DNA of 64,000 nt from an uncultured Pseudomonadota bacterium (GTDB lineage Bacteria; Pseudomonadota; Alphaproteobacteria; JACZXZ01), in NCBI GenBank assembly GCA_963749075.1, contig CAVVLJ010000016.1, positions 960,001 through 1,024,000 on the forward strand. Reading direction: 5' to 3'. A program made the translations under genes and the position numbers. Below the pieces are notes generated by a model. It did not search any database and was not told where the DNA came from. It was given only the letters and a program-made list of their open reading frames with translations. Shown here one piece after another: positions 18,848 through 34,387 of the stretch. Every line of letters starts with the position of its first letter. The stretch's first letter is position 1.

Positions 18848-20197
18848 ATGCAGGTAACGCAAACGGCGGTCGACGGCCTCAAGCACGAGTTCAAGGTCGT
18901 GGTCAGCGCGGACGACATCGAGGCGAGGGTGAGCACGCGGTTGGCGGAGCTCGCCAACCAGGTGCGCGTGCCCGGTTTCCGGCCGGGCAAGGTGCCGCTC
19001 GCCGTGCTCAAGCGGCGCTACGGCGATTCGGTGCTCGGCGAGGTCGTCGAGCGCGCGGTCGCCGACAGCTCCGAGAAGGCGATCAGCGAGCAAGGCCTGC
19101 GCCCGGCGCTGCGCCCCAAGATCGAGATCACCTCGTTCGAGAAGGGCAGCGACCTCGAATACAATATGGCGCTCGAAGTGCTGCCCAAGATCGAGCCGGT
19201 CGACTTCACGACGCTCACGCTCGAGCGGCTGACGGCCGAGGTGAGCGAGGAGGAGGTCGCCGACGCGCTCAAGCGCCTGGCGGCCCAAAGCAAGCGGAGC
19301 GAGCCCGCAGCCGCCGGCCACAAGGCGGAGAAGGGCGACATCGCGGTGATCGACTTCAAGGGCACCATCGCGGGCCAGGGCTTCCCGGGCGGCAGCGCCG
19401 AGGGGCATTACCTCGAGCTCGGCTCCGGCCGCTTCATCCCGGGCTTCGAGGAGCAGCTCGCGGGCCTCGAGGCGGGCGCCGAGAAGACGATCGAGATCAC
19501 TTTCCCCGCCGACTATGCCGTCGAGAGCCTCAAGGGCCGGGAGGCCAGCTTCGCGGTCAGCGTCAAGGAGCTGCGCCGGCCAACGGCGAGCGAGGTGGAC
19601 GACGCGCTGGCCAAGGATCTGGGGCTCGACAGCCTCGAGGCGCTGCGCAAGAACGTGCGCGAGCGCCTGGAGCGCGAGCATGCCGAGCTCTCCAAGGCCA
19701 GGCTCAAGCGGGCGCTCCTCGATGCGCTCGCCGCGGGCCACCACTTTGCCGTGCCCGAGGGTATGGTCGAGATGGAGTTCGCGCAGATCTGGCAGCAGGT
19801 CGAGGAGGGCAGGAAGCGCGGCGAGCTCGACCCCGACGAGGCGGCCAAGGACGAGGCGGCGCTCAAGGCCGACTACCGCGCCATCGCCGAGCGCCGCGTG
19901 CGCCTGGGCCTGCTCCTTTCCGAAGTGGGCCGGCAGCACGATATAAAGGTGGCTGCCGAGGAGATGAACCGCGCCATGTTCGACGAGGCGCGGCGCTTCC
20001 CCGGGCAGGAACGGCAGGTGCTGGAATACTTCAAGCAGTCGCCCGAGGCGCTCGCCCAAGTGCGGGCGCCGCTCTTCGAGGGCAAGGTGGTCGACTTCAT
20101 CCTCGAGCTCGCCAAGCCCAAGGAGCGCAAGGTGACGCTCGCCGAGCTCGTCAAGGAGCCGGAGGAAGTGCGAGCGGAGGCGGCTGCCACCGCTTAG
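18848..20197 (+). CDS. tig: Trigger factor
   Basis: GFRPGKVP ribosome-binding motif; FKBP domain with FIPGFEEQL. Confidence 0.98.
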   Translation: MQVTQTAVDGLKHEFKVVVSADDIEARVSTRLAELANQVRVPGFRPGKVPLAVLKRRYGDSVLGEVVERAVADSSEKAISEQGLRPALRPKIEITSFEKGSDLEYNMALEVLPKIEPVDFTTLTLERLTAEVSEEEVADALKRLAAQSKRSEPAAAGHKAEKGDIAVIDFKGTIAGQGFPGGSAEGHYLELGSGRFIPGFEEQLAGLEAGAEKTIEITFPADYAVESLKGREASFAVSVKELRRPTASEVDDALAKDLGLDSLEALRKNVRERLEREHAELSKARLKRALLDALAAGHHFAVPEGMVEMEFAQIWQQVEEGRKRGELDPDEAAKDEAALKADYRAIAERRVRLGLLLSEVGRQHDIKVAAEEMNRAMFDEARRFPGQERQVLEYFKQSPEALAQVRAPLFEGKVVDFILELAKPKERKVTLAELVKEPEEVRAEAAATA

Positions 20198-20248
20198 CGC
20201 GGAGAGTGCGGCAAGGCCGGGAATACGGAAGGAAGGACTGGAAAGGCG

Positions 20249-20893
20249 ATGGTCGAGCGCAGCGAACCCGAGATGCAATACCTCATCCCCATGGTCGTCG
20301 AGCAGACGAGCCGCGGGGAGCGCTCTTACGACATCTACTCGCGTCTGCTCAAGGAGCGCATCATCTTCCTCACCGGGCCCGTCAACGACGCGGTGGCGAG
20401 TCTCGCCTGCGCCCAGCTGCTCTTTCTCGAGTCGGACAACCCGAGCAAGGACATCGCCATCTACATCAATTCGCCGGGCGGCGTCGTGACCTCGGGCCTG
20501 GCGATCTACGACACCATGCAATATGTACGGCCCAACATCATGACCGTGTGCATCGGGCAGGCAGCGAGCATGGGCTCGCTGCTCCTCGCCGCCGGCACCA
20601 AGGGCAAGCGCTTCGCGCTCCCCAATGCGCGCATCATGATCCACCAGCCCTCGGGCGGCGCCCAGGGCCAGGCCACGGACATCGAGATCCAGGCGCGCGA
20701 GATCCTCAACCTTCGCTCAAGGCTCAACCAGATCTACGTCAAGCACACCGGCCAGCCGATCGCGGTGATCGAGCAGGCGGTCGAGCGCGACAAATTCCTC
20801 TCGCCCGACGAGGCGCGCGACTTCGGCCTGGTCGACGAGGTGGTGGTGAGCCGCCCGGTGCCCGCGGACGCCGACAGCGCAGCCAAAGCCTGA
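20249..20893 (+). CDS. clpP: Clp protease proteolytic subunit
   Basis: [29 protein letters not shown]. Confidence 0.99.
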   Translation: MVERSEPEMQYLIPMVVEQTSRGERSYDIYSRLLKERIIFLTGPVNDAVASLACAQLLFLESDNPSKDIAIYINSPGGVVTSGLAIYDTMQYVRPNIMTVCIGQAASMGSLLLAAGTKGKRFALPNARIMIHQPSGGAQGQATDIEIQAREILNLRSRLNQIYVKHTGQPIAVIEQAVERDKFLSPDEARDFGLVDEVVVSRPVPADADSAAKA

Positions 20894-21109
20894 GCTGCTT
20901 GGAACGCGATTTGCATGAAAAAAGGGGAGAGGCGGACGCCGGCCGTCCGCCGCGCATTCCGCATCTCGGCTCCGTCCGCTCCGACGGAGTCGCGCCCGGG
21001 CGGCAGCGGGAAGGCGCGAATCGGGAATTTTTAGCCATTGTCCCCGGGCGATGGCCGCGGTTAACATGAGGACGCTGCGGCTAGCAGCCCTCCTCGAGAC
21101 GGTGTTGGC

Positions 21110-22375
21110 ATGACCAAGTCTTCCGGCGGCGATTCCAAGAACACCTTGTACTGCTCTTTCTGCGGCAAGAGTCAGCACGAGGTGCGCAAGCTCATCGCGG
21201 GCCCGACCGTGTTCATCTGCGACGAATGCGTCGAGCTCTGCATGGACATCATCCGGGAGGAGCACAAGACGACGCTCGTGCGCTCGCGCGACGGGGTGCC
21301 CACGCCGCGCGACATCCGCCTGGTCCTCGACGACTACGTGATCGGGCAGACCCATGCCAAGAAGGTGCTGTCGGTCGCCGTGCACAATCACTACAAGCGG
21401 CTCGCCCACGGCGCCAAGAACAACGACGTCGAGCTCTCCAAGTCGAACATCCTGCTCGTGGGGCCGACCGGCTCCGGCAAGACGCTCTTGGCACAGACCC
21501 TCGCCCGCATCATCGACGTGCCCTTCACCATGGCGGACGCCACCACGCTGACCGAGGCCGGCTACGTGGGCGAGGACGTGGAGAACATCATCCTCAAGCT
21601 GCTCCAGGCGGCGGACTACAACGTCGAGCGCGCCCAGCGCGGCATCGTCTATATCGACGAGGTCGACAAGATCAGCCGCAAGTCGGACAACCCCTCCATC
21701 ACCCGCGACGTCTCGGGCGAGGGCGTGCAGCAGGCTCTCCTCAAGATCATGGAGGGCACCGTCGCGAGCGTGCCGCCCCAGGGCGGGCGCAAGCATCCGC
21801 AGCAGGAGTTCCTCCAGGTCGACACCACCAACATCCTCTTCGTCTGCGGCGGCGCCTTCGCCGGCCTCGAGAAGATCATCGCCCAGCGCCAGCGCGGCTC
21901 CTCGATCGGCTTCGGAGCCGACGTGCGCGGCCCCGAGGAGCGCCAGACCGGCGAGGTGCTGCGCGACGTCGAGCCCGAGGATCTGCTCAAGTTCGGCCTC
22001 ATCCCCGAGTTCATCGGCCGGCTTCCCGTGGTGGCGACCCTCGACGACCTCGACGAGGAGGCGCTCGTCGAGATCCTCATCAAGCCGAAGAACGCGCTCG
22101 TCAAGCAGTACCAGCGGCTCTTCGAGATGGAGGGCGTCAAGCTCGGCTTCACCGAGGATGCCATGCGCTCGATCGCCAAGAAGGCCATCCTGCGCAAGAC
22201 CGGTGCCCGCGGCCTGCGCTCGATCATGGAGGCCATTCTCCTCGACACCATGTTCGATCTGCCGAGTCTCGACGGCGTGGAGGAAGTCATGATCAACCGC
22301 GAGGTGGTGGACGGCCGCGCCAAGCCGCTCCATATCTATGCGGACCGGCAGAGCGATCTGGGGACGAGCGCCTAA
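21110..22375 (+). CDS. clpX: Clp protease ATP-binding subunit ClpX
   Basis: CSFC..CDEC zinc finger, [11 protein letters not shown] loop. Confidence 0.99.
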   Translation: MTKSSGGDSKNTLYCSFCGKSQHEVRKLIAGPTVFICDECVELCMDIIREEHKTTLVRSRDGVPTPRDIRLVLDDYVIGQTHAKKVLSVAVHNHYKRLAHGAKNNDVELSKSNILLVGPTGSGKTLLAQTLARIIDVPFTMADATTLTEAGYVGEDVENIILKLLQAADYNVERAQRGIVYIDEVDKISRKSDNPSITRDVSGEGVQQALLKIMEGTVASVPPQGGRKHPQQEFLQVDTTNILFVCGGAFAGLEKIIAQRQRGSSIGFGADVRGPEERQTGEVLRDVEPEDLLKFGLIPEFIGRLPVVATLDDLDEEALVEILIKPKNALVKQYQRLFEMEGVKLGFTEDAMRSIAKKAILRKTGARGLRSIMEAILLDTMFDLPSLDGVEEVMINREVVDGRAKPLHIYADRQSDLGTSA

Positions 22376-22407
22376 AGAGCCGTGCGGGCGGCGGGTGGCC
22401 CCCGCCC

Positions 22408-22436
22408 CTTGATCGGGGGCGCGGCCAAGCCTACCT
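22408..22436 (+). promoter_or_regulatory. RpoH (sigma32)-type promoter of lon
   Basis: CTTGAT-N16-CCTACCT versus the alphaproteobacterial RpoH consensus CTTGAA-N15/16-CCTATAT. Confidence 0.65.
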
Positions 22437-22511
22437 AATATGGTCGTTCGCCCCGGGCCAGCCGGGGCTGCAAGCTAAGGGGCCGGCCGCCGCGCCGGAC
22501 GAAGGGGTCGA

Positions 22512-24920
<2,409 letters not shown>

Positions 24921-24972
24921 GGCAGCGGCGGCCGGGAGCACGGAAGCACTTGCCCGCGGCGCGGCTCGTCAA

Positions 24973-25001
24973 TTGACGCTGCAAATGGCCGCGACTAAGA
25001 T
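24973..25001 (+). promoter_or_regulatory. Sigma70-type promoter of the HU gene
   Basis: TTGACG-N17-TAAGAT. Confidence 0.6.
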
Positions 25002-25070
25002 GACGGCGTCGTTCGCTATTTGGTTTCTCAAGCTTTTCCATAGCTTCCACTCGTAAGGGGGGGCCCCAAG

Positions 25071-25343
25071 GTGAATAAGAACGATCTCGTTGCCGCGGTG
25101 GCGGCCAGCACCGGTTTGTCCAAGGGCGACGCCGACAAGGCGGTCGATGCGGTGTTCGATTCGATCACCCACTCCCTCAAGAGCGGCAACGAGGTGCGCC
25201 TCGTCGGCTTCGGCACTTTCGTGGTGACCAGGCGCGCGGCATCCGAGGGCCGCAACCCGCGCACCGGCGAGAAGATCGCCATCCCCGCCTCCATGCAGCC
25301 CAAGTTCAAGGCGGGCAAGGGGTTGAAGGACGCGGTCAACTGA
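25071..25343 (+). CDS. hup: Histone-like DNA-binding protein HU
   Basis: MNKNDLV, GFGTF, GRNPRTG, PKFKAGK. Confidence 0.97.
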   Translation: MNKNDLVAAVAASTGLSKGDADKAVDAVFDSITHSLKSGNEVRLVGFGTFVVTRRAASEGRNPRTGEKIAIPASMQPKFKAGKGLKDAVN

Positions 25344-25609
25344 CGGCCGCGCGCCCCAGGTAAAATCCGCAGCGCCGATGCCGAGACGTGCGCCCGCGGG
25401 CCGGGCGTGCGGAGAGGCGCATTCTGCAAAGGGCTTTTTGCATCGTGCGAATGGCGCCGGGCCGCCGCGGCTTGCCCGCCTGGGCCGCGGGCGCCTATAT
25501 AATGCCGCATGCGCCGGCAGCGTCTCGCGGAGACCACGATTGCATTCCAGCTGTTTCAATGGCTTAAAGTGAGCTGCTTGGCCAAGGCAACGCCGGGGGT
25601 CACAGCGGC

Positions 25610-25684
25610 GGGCGGTTAGCTCAGCGGTAGAGCACCTGCCTTACACGCAGGGTGCCGGCGGTTCGAATCCGTCACCGCCCACCA
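25610..25684 (+). tRNA. tRNA-Val(TAC)
   Basis: GGGCGGT...ACCGCCC-ACCA; anticodon arm CCTGC-CTTACAC-GCAGG. Confidence 0.96.
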
Positions 25685-25757
25685 ACGCTCGGTCAGCAAG
25701 GCGAGGCGGGCCGGAGGCTGGAGAGGCGAGGGGGGCAGCGCCTTGCGCCCGCGTTCC

Positions 25758-25786
25758 TTGACACCCCGGGAGCGCTCGTCTAAATC
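25758..25786 (+). promoter_or_regulatory. Sigma70-type promoter of tRNA-Asp
   Basis: TTGACA-N17-TAAATC. Confidence 0.65.
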
Positions 25787-25810
25787 CAGGCACCCGTGCG
25801 GGCGCCATGC

Positions 25811-25887
25811 GGGGGTGTAGCTCAGTCGGTTAGAGCGCCGGCCTGTCACGCCGGAGGTCGCGGGTTCGAGTCCCGTCGCTCCCGCCA
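25811..25887 (+). tRNA. tRNA-Asp(GTC)
   Basis: Anticodon arm CCGGC-CTGTCAC-GCCGG; ends G-CCA. Confidence 0.96.
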
Positions 25888-26132
25888 TTCCGCCATCGCG
25901 AGTGCGGCCAACGATGACGCGTCGCTGCGTCATAAGGCCGCAGCGGGCGGCGCGGAATTCAGCCGGTCACCCGGCTTCGCTGCAGCGCAAACTGTTCCTT
26001 TTCTTTGCCCGCGCCTGTACATATAGTACGGGCGCCGCGCGGGGACGGACCATCGGGGCTCGTCGCGAGGCGGCGGCATTTCAGCAAGCTGAGGCGGCCT
26101 CGCCGGCCGCCCCAGGCGGGCGGGCGCTGACC

Positions 26133-26498
26133 ATGGCCGAAGTGCTCAGGAACTACCTGCCGATCCTGATCTTTCTCGGGATTGCCGTCGCCGTCTCGGT
26201 CGCCATGGTGGTGGCCTCGCTCGTGATCGCCCGCCAGCGGCCCAACTCCGAGAAGCTCTCGGCCTACGAGTGCGGCTTCGAGGCGTTCGGCGATGCCCGC
26301 GCCAAGTTCGACGTGCGTTACTACCTGGTGGCCATCCTCTTCATCATCTTCGACCTCGAGGTCGCCTTTCTCTTTCCCTGGGCGGTGACGCTCGGGAAGA
26401 TCGGCCTCTTCGGCTTCTGGTCGATGGTCGTCTTCCTCGCCGTGCTCACCGTAGGCTTCGTCTACGAGTGGAAGAAGGGAGCGCTCGAATGGGAGTAG
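26133..26498 (+). CDS. nuoA: NADH-quinone oxidoreductase subunit A
   Basis: [25 protein letters not shown]. Confidence 0.98.
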   Translation: MAEVLRNYLPILIFLGIAVAVSVAMVVASLVIARQRPNSEKLSAYECGFEAFGDARAKFDVRYYLVAILFIIFDLEVAFLFPWAVTLGKIGLFGFWSMVVFLAVLTVGFVYEWKKGALEWE

Positions 26499-27046
26499 AG
26501 CACGAGGCGATGACAGTCGCTCCCGCCCAGGCGCTGGCCCCAGGCGACGCGCAGGATGCCCTCTTGAGGGTCGTGAGCGACGAGCTCACCGACAAGGGCT
26601 TCGTCGTCGCCAACATCGACAAGCTGGTCAATTGGGCACGCACCGGCTCGCTCTGGCCCATGACCTTCGGGCTCGCCTGCTGCGCCATCGAGATGATCCA
26701 CGCCTACATGAGCCGCTACGACCTCGACCGCTTCGGCGTGGTGCCGCGCGCGAGCCCGCGCCAGTCGGACGTGATGATCGTCGCGGGCACCCTGTGCAAC
26801 AAGATGGCGCCGGCGCTGCGCAAGGTCTACGACCAGATGGCCGAGCCGCGCTGGGTGATCTCCATGGGCTCCTGCGCCAACGGCGGCGGCTATTACCACT
26901 ACTCCTACTCGGTCGTGCGCGGGTGCGACCGCATCGTCCCCGTCGACATCTACGTGCCCGGCTGTCCCCCCACCGCCGAGGCGCTCGTCTACGGCATCCT
27001 GCAGCTCCAGAAGAAGATCAGGCGCACGGGGACGATCGCGCGCTAG
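26489..27046 (+). CDS. nuoB: NADH-quinone oxidoreductase subunit B
   Basis: [23 protein letters not shown]. Confidence 0.98.
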   Translation: MGVEHEAMTVAPAQALAPGDAQDALLRVVSDELTDKGFVVANIDKLVNWARTGSLWPMTFGLACCAIEMIHAYMSRYDLDRFGVVPRASPRQSDVMIVAGTLCNKMAPALRKVYDQMAEPRWVISMGSCANGGGYYHYSYSVVRGCDRIVPVDIYVPGCPPTAEALVYGILQLQKKIRRTGTIAR

Positions 27047-27077
27047 CGCGGCCTCCCAGCCGACGCGGAAGACGACC

Positions 27078-27689
27078 ATGGACCAGTCGCTCAAGGATCT
27101 CGGCGATCATGTCGCGGCCGCATTGCCGGGCGAGATTCTCGACGTGGCGGTCGGCCATGGCGAGCTCATGCTGCGCGCGAGACGCCCGGCGATCCTCCGG
27201 GTCCTCGCCTTCCTGCGCGACGACGGGGCGTGCGCCTTCAAGCAGCTCGTCGATGTCTGCGGCGCCGACTATCCCGAGCGGCCGGAGCGCCTCGAGGTCG
27301 TCTACAACCTCCTGAGCCTCGCCCACAACCGGCGCGTCCGCGTCAAGGTGACGACCGACGAGGAGACGCCGGTGCCGTCTGCGACCGCGCTCTTCTCCTC
27401 GGCCATCTGGTTCGAGCGCGAGGCCTGGGACCTCTACGGCGTGTTCTTCGAGAACCATCCGGACCTCAGGCGCATCCTCACCGACTACGGCTTCGAAGGG
27501 CACCCCTTGCGCAAGGACTTCCCGCTCACCGGTTACGTCGAGATGCGCTACGACGATGAGGAGAAGCGTGTCGTCTACGAGCCGGTCAAGCTCACCCAGG
27601 AGTTCCGCACCTTCGACTTCATGAGCCCGTGGGAGGGCATCACCAAGGCCGTGCTTCCCGGCGACGAGAAGGCGGAGGAGAAGCCCTGA
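27078..27689 (+). CDS. nuoC: NADH-quinone oxidoreductase subunit C
   Basis: [29 protein letters not shown]. Confidence 0.98.
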   Translation: MDQSLKDLGDHVAAALPGEILDVAVGHGELMLRARRPAILRVLAFLRDDGACAFKQLVDVCGADYPERPERLEVVYNLLSLAHNRRVRVKVTTDEETPVPSATALFSSAIWFEREAWDLYGVFFENHPDLRRILTDYGFEGHPLRKDFPLTGYVEMRYDDEEKRVVYEPVKLTQEFRTFDFMSPWEGITKAVLPGDEKAEEKP

Positions 27690-28867
27690 TGGGCGAGGTG
27701 CAGATCAAGAACATGACGATGAACTTCGGCCCGCAGCATCCGGCGGCGCACGGGGTTCTGCGCATGGTGCTGGAGATGGACGGCGAGGTGATCGAGCGCG
27801 CCGACCCGCACATCGGCCTCCTCCATCGCGGCACCGAGAAGCTCATCGAGTACAAGACCTACCTCCAGGCCGTGCCCTATTTCGACCGCCTCGACTACGT
27901 CTCGCCCATGGCGCAGGAGCATGCCTTCGCCCTCGCCGTCGAGAAGCTACTCGGTATTGCGCCGCCGCCGCGCGGGCAGTACATCCGCGTGCTCTTCGCC
28001 GAGATCACGCGCATCCTCAATCACCTCCTCAACGTGACCTCCTTCGCCCTCGACGTGGGGGCCATGACGCCCATGCTGTGGGGCTTCGAGCAGCGCGAGA
28101 TACTCATGGAGTTCTACGAGCGCGTCTCGGGCGCGCGCATGCACGCGGCCTATTTCAGGCCCGGCGGCGTGCACCAGGACATGCCCGCGGGGCTGCTCGA
28201 GGACATCGCAATTTGGGCGGAGCAGTTCCCCGCCTTCATCGACGACATGGAGGCGCTCCTCACCGAGAACCGCATCTTCAAGCAGCGCACCGTCGACATC
28301 GGCACGGTGAGCGCCAAGGACGCCTTGGACTGGGGTTTCACCGGTCCCATGCTGCGCGCCTCGGGGATCGCCTGGGACCTGCGCCGGGCGCAGCCCTACG
28401 ACGTCTACGGCGAGATGGATTTCGACGTGCCGGTCGGGCGCAACGGCGACTGCTACGACCGCTATCTCGTGCGCGTCGAGGAGATGCGCCAGTGCCTCCG
28501 GATCATCAAGCAGGCCTGCGAGGGTATGCCCGGCGGCCCCGTCGTGATGCAGAACCACAAGCTGACGCCGCCCTCGCGCGGCGAGATGAAGCGCTCGATG
28601 GAGGCGCTCATCCACCACTTCAAGCTCTATACCGAGGGCTATCACGTGCCGGCCGGCGAGACCTACACCGCCGTCGAGGCGCCCAAGGGCGAGTTCGCCG
28701 TCTACCTCGTGGCCGACGGCACCAACAAGCCCTACCGCTGCCACATCCGCTCGCCGGGCTTTGCCCACCTCCAGGCCATGGACTTCTGCGTCAAGGGCCA
28801 CATGCTGGCCGACGTGGTGGCAATCCTCGGCGCCATGGACATCGTCTTCGGCGAGGTCGACCGGTGA
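27689..28867 (+). CDS. nuoD: NADH-quinone oxidoreductase subunit D
   Basis: [28 protein letters not shown]. Confidence 0.98.
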   Translation: MGEVQIKNMTMNFGPQHPAAHGVLRMVLEMDGEVIERADPHIGLLHRGTEKLIEYKTYLQAVPYFDRLDYVSPMAQEHAFALAVEKLLGIAPPPRGQYIRVLFAEITRILNHLLNVTSFALDVGAMTPMLWGFEQREILMEFYERVSGARMHAAYFRPGGVHQDMPAGLLEDIAIWAEQFPAFIDDMEALLTENRIFKQRTVDIGTVSAKDALDWGFTGPMLRASGIAWDLRRAQPYDVYGEMDFDVPVGRNGDCYDRYLVRVEEMRQCLRIIKQACEGMPGGPVVMQNHKLTPPSRGEMKRSMEALIHHFKLYTEGYHVPAGETYTAVEAPKGEFAVYLVADGTNKPYRCHIRSPGFAHLQAMDFCVKGHMLADVVAILGAMDIVFGEVDR

Positions 28868-29475
28868 GCGGAGGGGTCGCCAACGAGCCCGCGAGCTTCG
28901 CCTTCACGCCGGAGAACCGCGCCAAGGCCGAGGCCCACATCGCCAAATATCCCAAGGGGCGGCAGGCGAGCGCCGTGCTCGCACTCCTCGACCTTGCCCA
29001 GCGCCAGGCGGGGGGCTGGCTGCCCCGTGCTGCGATCGAGCATGTGGCGGGCCTCCTTGCCATGCCGGCGATCCGCGCCTACGAGGTCGCGAGCTTCTAC
29101 TCGATGCTCAGCCTCAAGCCGGTCGGCAAGCATCTCGTGCAGCTCTGCCGCACCACGCCGTGCTGGCTGCGCGGCTCGGACGCCGTGCGCGACGCCTGCA
29201 AGCGGAAGCTCGGCATCGCCATCGGCGAGACGACGGCCGGCGGCAGCTTCACCCTGGTCGAGGTCGAGTGCCTCGGCGGCTGCGTCAATGCGCCCGTGGT
29301 GCAGATCAACGACGATCTCTACGAGGACCTCACGGCGGAGCGCATGGAGGAGATCCTGACCCTGCTCCAGCGCGGCGAGGCAGTGCCCTACGGCGTGCAG
29401 ATCGAGCGCCAGTTCTCGGCGCCGGTGGGCGGCCTCACGACCCTCAAGGAAGCCGGCGCTGCGGAGAAGGCGTGA
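28864..29475 (+). CDS. nuoE: NADH-quinone oxidoreductase subunit E
   Basis: GTG start overlapping the nuoD stop; CRTTPC and ECLGGC 2Fe-2S motifs. Confidence 0.97.
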   Translation: MSGGVANEPASFAFTPENRAKAEAHIAKYPKGRQASAVLALLDLAQRQAGGWLPRAAIEHVAGLLAMPAIRAYEVASFYSMLSLKPVGKHLVQLCRTTPCWLRGSDAVRDACKRKLGIAIGETTAGGSFTLVEVECLGGCVNAPVVQINDDLYEDLTAERMEEILTLLQRGEAVPYGVQIERQFSAPVGGLTTLKEAGAAEKA

Positions 29476-30752
29476 TGCTCGAGGACAAGGACCGCATCTT
29501 CACCAACCTCTACGGCCAGCACGACTGGCGGCTCGCCGGCGCCAGGCGGCGCGGCAACTGGAGCGGCACCAAGGAGGTGCTTGCCAAGGGCCGCGACTGG
29601 ATCGTCGACGAGGTCAAGAAGTCGGAGTTGCGCGGGCGCGGCGGCGCCGGCTTTCCGGCCGGCCTCAAATGGTCCTTCATGCCCAAGCAGTCGGACGGAC
29701 GGCCGCACTACCTCGTGGTCAATGCCGACGAGTCGGAGCCGGGCACCTGCAAGGACCGCGACATCCTGCGCCACGAGCCCCATCTCCTGCTCGAGGGCTG
29801 CCTCATCGCCGGCTTCGCCATGGGGGCGCACGTCTGCTACGTCTACATCCGCGGCGAGTTCTACCGCGAGGCGGAGAACCTCCAGATCGCCATCGACGAG
29901 GCCTATGCCGCCGGCCTCATCGGCAAGAACGCGAGCGGCTCGGGCTGGGACTACGACGTCCATCTCCACCGCGGCGCCGGCGCCTATATCTGCGGCGAGG
30001 AGACGGCGCTCCTCGAGAGCCTCGAGGGCAAGAAGGGCCAGCCGCGTCTCAAGCCGCCGTTCCCCGCCGCCGTCGGCGTCTACGGCTGCCCCACCACCGT
30101 CACCAACGTCGAGACCGTGGCGGTCTCTCCCGAGATCTGCAAGCGCGGGGCGGCCTGGTTCGCAAGCATCGGCCGGCCCAAGAACACCGGCACCAAGATC
30201 TTCTGCATCTCCGGCCACGTGAACCAGCCGTGCAACGTCGAGGAGGCGATGAGCATCCCCTTGAAGGAGCTCATCGAGCGCCACGCCGGCGGCGTGCGCG
30301 GCGGCTGGGACAACCTCCTCGCCGTGATCCCCGGCGGCTCGTCGGTTCCCTGCATCCCGAAATCCATCTGCGAGACCGTGCTGATGGACTTCGACGCCTT
30401 GCGCGACGTGAAGTCCGGCCTCGGCACCGCGGGCGTCATCGTGATGGACCGCTCGACCGACATCGTCGAGGCGATCTGCCGCCTGGCACTCTTCTACACC
30501 CACGAGAGCTGCGGCCAATGCACGCCCTGCCGCGAGGGCACGGGCTGGATGTGGCGCGTGATGAAGCGCCTGGTGCGCGGCGAGGCGGAGGTCAGGGAGA
30601 TCGACAAGCTCCTCGACGTCTCGACCGAGATCGAGGGCCACACCATCTGCGCGCTGGGCGACGCCGCCGCCTGGCCGATCCAGGGCCTGATCCGCCACTT
30701 CCGGCCCGAGCTCGAGCGGCGCATCGGCGCCTATCGCGCGGCCGCGGAGTAG
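29475..30752 (+). CDS. nuoF: NADH-quinone oxidoreductase subunit F
   Basis: [30 protein letters not shown]. Confidence 0.98.
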   Translation: MLEDKDRIFTNLYGQHDWRLAGARRRGNWSGTKEVLAKGRDWIVDEVKKSELRGRGGAGFPAGLKWSFMPKQSDGRPHYLVVNADESEPGTCKDRDILRHEPHLLLEGCLIAGFAMGAHVCYVYIRGEFYREAENLQIAIDEAYAAGLIGKNASGSGWDYDVHLHRGAGAYICGEETALLESLEGKKGQPRLKPPFPAAVGVYGCPTTVTNVETVAVSPEICKRGAAWFASIGRPKNTGTKIFCISGHVNQPCNVEEAMSIPLKELIERHAGGVRGGWDNLLAVIPGGSSVPCIPKSICETVLMDFDALRDVKSGLGTAGVIVMDRSTDIVEAICRLALFYTHESCGQCTPCREGTGWMWRVMKRLVRGEAEVREIDKLLDVSTEIEGHTICALGDAAAWPIQGLIRHFRPELERRIGAYRAAAE

Positions 30753-30761
30753 GAGGCCGCC

Positions 30762-32825
30762 ATGCCGAAGCTCAAGATCGACGGGCGGGAGATCGAGGTG
30801 GCGCCGGGCACCACGGTGCTGCAGGCCTGCGACGAGGCGGGCATCGAGGTCCCGCGCTTCTGCTACCACGAGCGCCTGTCGATCGCCGGCAATTGCCGCA
30901 TGTGCCTCGTCGAGATGGAGAAGTCGCCGAAGCCGATCGCGAGCTGCGCCATGCCGTGCGCCGAAGGCATGGTGATCAAGACCGACACGCCCATGGTGAA
31001 GAAGGCGCGCCAGGGCGTCATGGAGTTCCTCCTCATCAACCATCCGCTCGACTGCCCGATCTGCGACCAGGGCGGCGAGTGCGACCTGCAGGACCAGGCC
31101 ATGGCCTATGGCCGCGACGGCAGCCGCTTCAGCGAGAACAAGCGCGCCGTCAAGGACAAGTACATGGGGCCGCTCGTCGCCACAATCATGACGCGCTGCA
31201 TCCACTGCACGCGCTGCATCCGCTTCGCGACCGAGGTGGCGGGCGTGCCCGAGCTCGGCGCCGTTGGCCGCGGCGAGCACATGGAGATCACGAGCTATCT
31301 CGACCGCGCCATCCATTCCGAGCTCTCGGGCAACATCATCGACCTCTGCCCGGTGGGCGCGCTCACCTCCAAACCCTATGCCTTCATGGCGCGCCCCTGG
31401 GAGCTCAGCAAGACCGAATTGATCGACGTCTTCGATGCGGTCGGCAGCAACATCCGCGTCGATGCGCGCGGCAGCGAGGTGATGCGCGTGCTGCCGCGGC
31501 TCAACGACGACATCAACGAGGAGTGGCTCGCCGACAAGAGCCGCTTCGCGGTCGACGGCCTGCGCCGCCAGCGCCTCGACCGCGCTTACGTGCGCGTGGA
31601 CGGCAAGCTCGCCGAGGCGAGCTGGGAGGAGGCCCTCGCCGCGATCGCGGCGCGCCTCAAGGGTGTTAGCGGCGCGCGCATCGCAGCACTTGCCGGCGAC
31701 ATGGCGGACGCCGAGGCCATGGCGGCGCTCAAGGATCTGATGACTGCACTCGGCTCGCCCCACCTCGACTGCCGGCAGGACGGTGCGGCGATCGACCCGG
31801 GATGCCGCTCGGGCTATCTCTTCAACACGACGATCGCCGGCATCGAGCGGGCAGATGCCATCCTCCTCATCGGCAGCGATCCGCGCCGCGAGGCGCCGAT
31901 CATCAACGCCCGCATCCGCAAGCGCTATCTCGCCGGCGGCGTGCGCATCGCGGCCGTGGGTCCCGCAGCCGATCTCACCTATGCCTACGAGCATCTCGGT
32001 GCCACGCCCAAGACGCTCGCCGAGATCGCCGAGGGCAGCCATCCCTTCGCGGCCGTCCTCAAGGAGGCCAAGGCGCCGATGCTCATCCTCGGCATGGGCG
32101 CGCTCGCTCGCGGCGACGGCGCTCAGGTGCTCGCCGCGGCACGGCGGCTGGCCGAGGGCTGCGGCCTGGTCAAGGAGGGCTGGAACGGCTTCAACCTCCT
32201 CCACACGGCAGCGGGTCGGGTAGGGGGGCTCGATCTCGGCTTCGTGCCGGCCGCGGGCGGGCTCGGCACCGAGGGCATCCTCGAGGCAGCAGCCAGGGGC
32301 GACATCGAGGCCGTCTATCTCCTCGGCGCCGACGAGCTCGAGATGCGCCGGCTCGGCAAGGCCTTCGTGATCTATCAGGGCCACCACGGCGACGCCGGTG
32401 CCGCGCGCGCGGACGTGATCCTGTCGGGTGCCGCCTATACGGAGAAGAACGCCACCTACGTCAATACCGAGGGCCGCGCCCAGCGCACGGAGCGCGCCGC
32501 CTTCCCGCCGGGCGAGGCGCGCGAGGACTGGGCGATCCTGCGGGCACTCTCGGCCGCCCTCGGCCATAAGCTGCCCTACGACAGCCTCGACCAGCTGCGC
32601 GCGCGGCTCGCCGCGGCCCACGCGGCCTTCGCCAGCGTCGATGCCGTGACGCCCGCCGCCTGGGGCGGCTTCGGGGCACCCGGCCCATTGTCGGCAGCAC
32701 CCTTCGAGAGCCCGATCAAGAGCTATTACATGAGCGATCCGATCAGCCGCGCCTCCGAGACCATGGCGCGCTGCATCGAGGAGATCGAGCGCGGCTTGCC
32801 CGAGAAGACCGGCACCCATGGCTGA
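30762..32825 (+). CDS. nuoG: NADH-quinone oxidoreductase subunit G
   Basis: [24 protein letters not shown]. Confidence 0.98.
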   Translation: MPKLKIDGREIEVAPGTTVLQACDEAGIEVPRFCYHERLSIAGNCRMCLVEMEKSPKPIASCAMPCAEGMVIKTDTPMVKKARQGVMEFLLINHPLDCPICDQGGECDLQDQAMAYGRDGSRFSENKRAVKDKYMGPLVATIMTRCIHCTRCIRFATEVAGVPELGAVGRGEHMEITSYLDRAIHSELSGNIIDLCPVGALTSKPYAFMARPWELSKTELIDVFDAVGSNIRVDARGSEVMRVLPRLNDDINEEWLADKSRFAVDGLRRQRLDRAYVRVDGKLAEASWEEALAAIAARLKGVSGARIAALAGDMADAEAMAALKDLMTALGSPHLDCRQDGAAIDPGCRSGYLFNTTIAGIERADAILLIGSDPRREAPIINARIRKRYLAGGVRIAAVGPAADLTYAYEHLGATPKTLAEIAEGSHPFAAVLKEAKAPMLILGMGALARGDGAQVLAAARRLAEGCGLVKEGWNGFNLLHTAAGRVGGLDLGFVPAAGGLGTEGILEAAARGDIEAVYLLGADELEMRRLGKAFVIYQGHHGDAGAARADVILSGAAYTEKNATYVNTEGRAQRTERAAFPPGEAREDWAILRALSAALGHKLPYDSLDQLRARLAAAHAAFASVDAVTPAAWGGFGAPGPLSAAPFESPIKSYYMSDPISRASETMARCIEEIERGLPEKTGTHG

Positions 32826-33858
32826 GTTCCTGACCGGATATGTGTGGCCGACGATCCTCATCGTGCTCGAGATACTGGCGATCGTCGTGCCGCTTCTCCT
32901 CGCCGTCGCCTACCTCACCTATGCCGAGCGCAAGGTGATCGGCTCCATCCAGCTGCGCAAGGGCCCCAACGTGGTCGGCCCCTTCGGGCTCCTGCAGCCG
33001 ATCGCCGACGGTGCCAAGCTTTTCCTCAAGGAGACGGTGATCCCGAGCGGCGCCAACCGCGCCGTCTTCCTGGCGGCACCCATGGTGACCTTTCTCCTCT
33101 CGCTCGTTGCCTGGGCGGTGATCCCTTTCGGCCGCGGCATGGTGGTCTCCAACATCAACGTCGGCATCCTCTATCTCTTCGCCATCGGCTCGCTCGGCGT
33201 CTACGGCATCATCATGGCGGGCTGGGCGAGCAACTCGAAGTACGCCTTCCTGGGTGCCTTGCGCTCGGCCGCCCAGATGGTGTCCTACGAGGTCTCGATC
33301 GGCTTCGTCATGATCAGCGTGCTGCTCTGCGTGGGCTCGCTCAACCTCTCGGATATCGTGCTGGCGCAGGCCGGCCGCTTCGGGTTCTTGAGCTGGTTCT
33401 GGCTGCCGCTCCTGCCCATGTTCGTGATCTTCTTCGTCTCGGGGCTGGCGGAGACGAACAGGGCACCCTTCGACCTTCCCGAGGCCGAATCCGAGCTCGT
33501 CGGGGGCTACAACGTCGAATATTCGGCGATGACCTTCGCTCTCTTCTTCCTCGGCGAATACGCCAACATGATCCTGATGAGCGCCATGACCTCGATCCTC
33601 TTCCTCGGCGGCTGGCTGCCGCCCGTGGACGTGGCACCCTTCACCTGGATCCCGGGGCCGATCTGGTTCATCCTCAAGATCTGCCTCGTGCTCTTCGTCT
33701 TCCTCTGGGTGCGCGCGGCGTTCCCGCGCTACCGCTACGATCAGCTCATGCGGCTCGGCTGGAAGGTCTTCCTGCCGGCGTCGCTCCTCTGGCTGGTCCT
33801 GACCGCGGGCGTCCTCGTCGCCTTCGACTGGACGCCCGTGCTCAAGGCCGCAACCTGA
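32818..33858 (+). CDS. nuoH: NADH-quinone oxidoreductase subunit H
   Basis: [29 protein letters not shown]. Confidence 0.98.
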   Translation: MAEFLTGYVWPTILIVLEILAIVVPLLLAVAYLTYAERKVIGSIQLRKGPNVVGPFGLLQPIADGAKLFLKETVIPSGANRAVFLAAPMVTFLLSLVAWAVIPFGRGMVVSNINVGILYLFAIGSLGVYGIIMAGWASNSKYAFLGALRSAAQMVSYEVSIGFVMISVLLCVGSLNLSDIVLAQAGRFGFLSWFWLPLLPMFVIFFVSGLAETNRAPFDLPEAESELVGGYNVEYSAMTFALFFLGEYANMILMSAMTSILFLGGWLPPVDVAPFTWIPGPIWFILKICLVLFVFLWVRAAFPRYRYDQLMRLGWKVFLPASLLWLVLTAGVLVAFDWTPVLKAAT

Positions 33859-33870
33859 AGGCGGCATGCC

Positions 33871-34359
33871 ATGGCAACCCTTGACCGCACCGCGCGCGCG
33901 CTCCTCCTCTCCGAGCTTCTCGGCGGCCTGTGGCTGACCTTCAAATACATGTTCAAGCACAAGGTCACCCTCAATTATCCCTACGAGAAGGGTCCGCTCT
34001 CGCCGCGCTTCCGCGGCGAGCACGCGCTGCGCCGCTACCCGAGCGGGGAGGAGCGCTGCATCGCCTGCAAGCTCTGCGAGGCGATCTGCCCCGCCCAGGC
34101 CATCACCATCGAGGCCGAGCCGCGCGCCGACGGCAGCCGGCGCGCCACGCGCTACGACATCGACATGACCAAGTGCATCTATTGCGGCTTCTGCCAGGAG
34201 GCCTGCCCGGTCGATGCCATCGTCGAGGGGCCCAATTTCGAGTTCGCCACCGAGACGCGGGAGGAGCTCCTCTACGACAAGGACAAGCTGCTCGCCAACG
34301 GCGACCGCTGGGAGATGGAGATCGCCTCCAACCTCGCGGCGGACGCGCCCTACCGGTGA
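33871..34359 (+). CDS. nuoI: NADH-quinone oxidoreductase subunit I
   Basis: Two CxxCxxCxxxCP motifs. Confidence 0.98.
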   Translation: MATLDRTARALLLSELLGGLWLTFKYMFKHKVTLNYPYEKGPLSPRFRGEHALRRYPSGEERCIACKLCEAICPAQAITIEAEPRADGSRRATRYDIDMTKCIYCGFCQEACPVDAIVEGPNFEFATETREELLYDKDKLLANGDRWEMEIASNLAADAPYR

Positions 34360-34387
34360 GCTCGAGAGCGAGGGGGCGGTAGTCCGC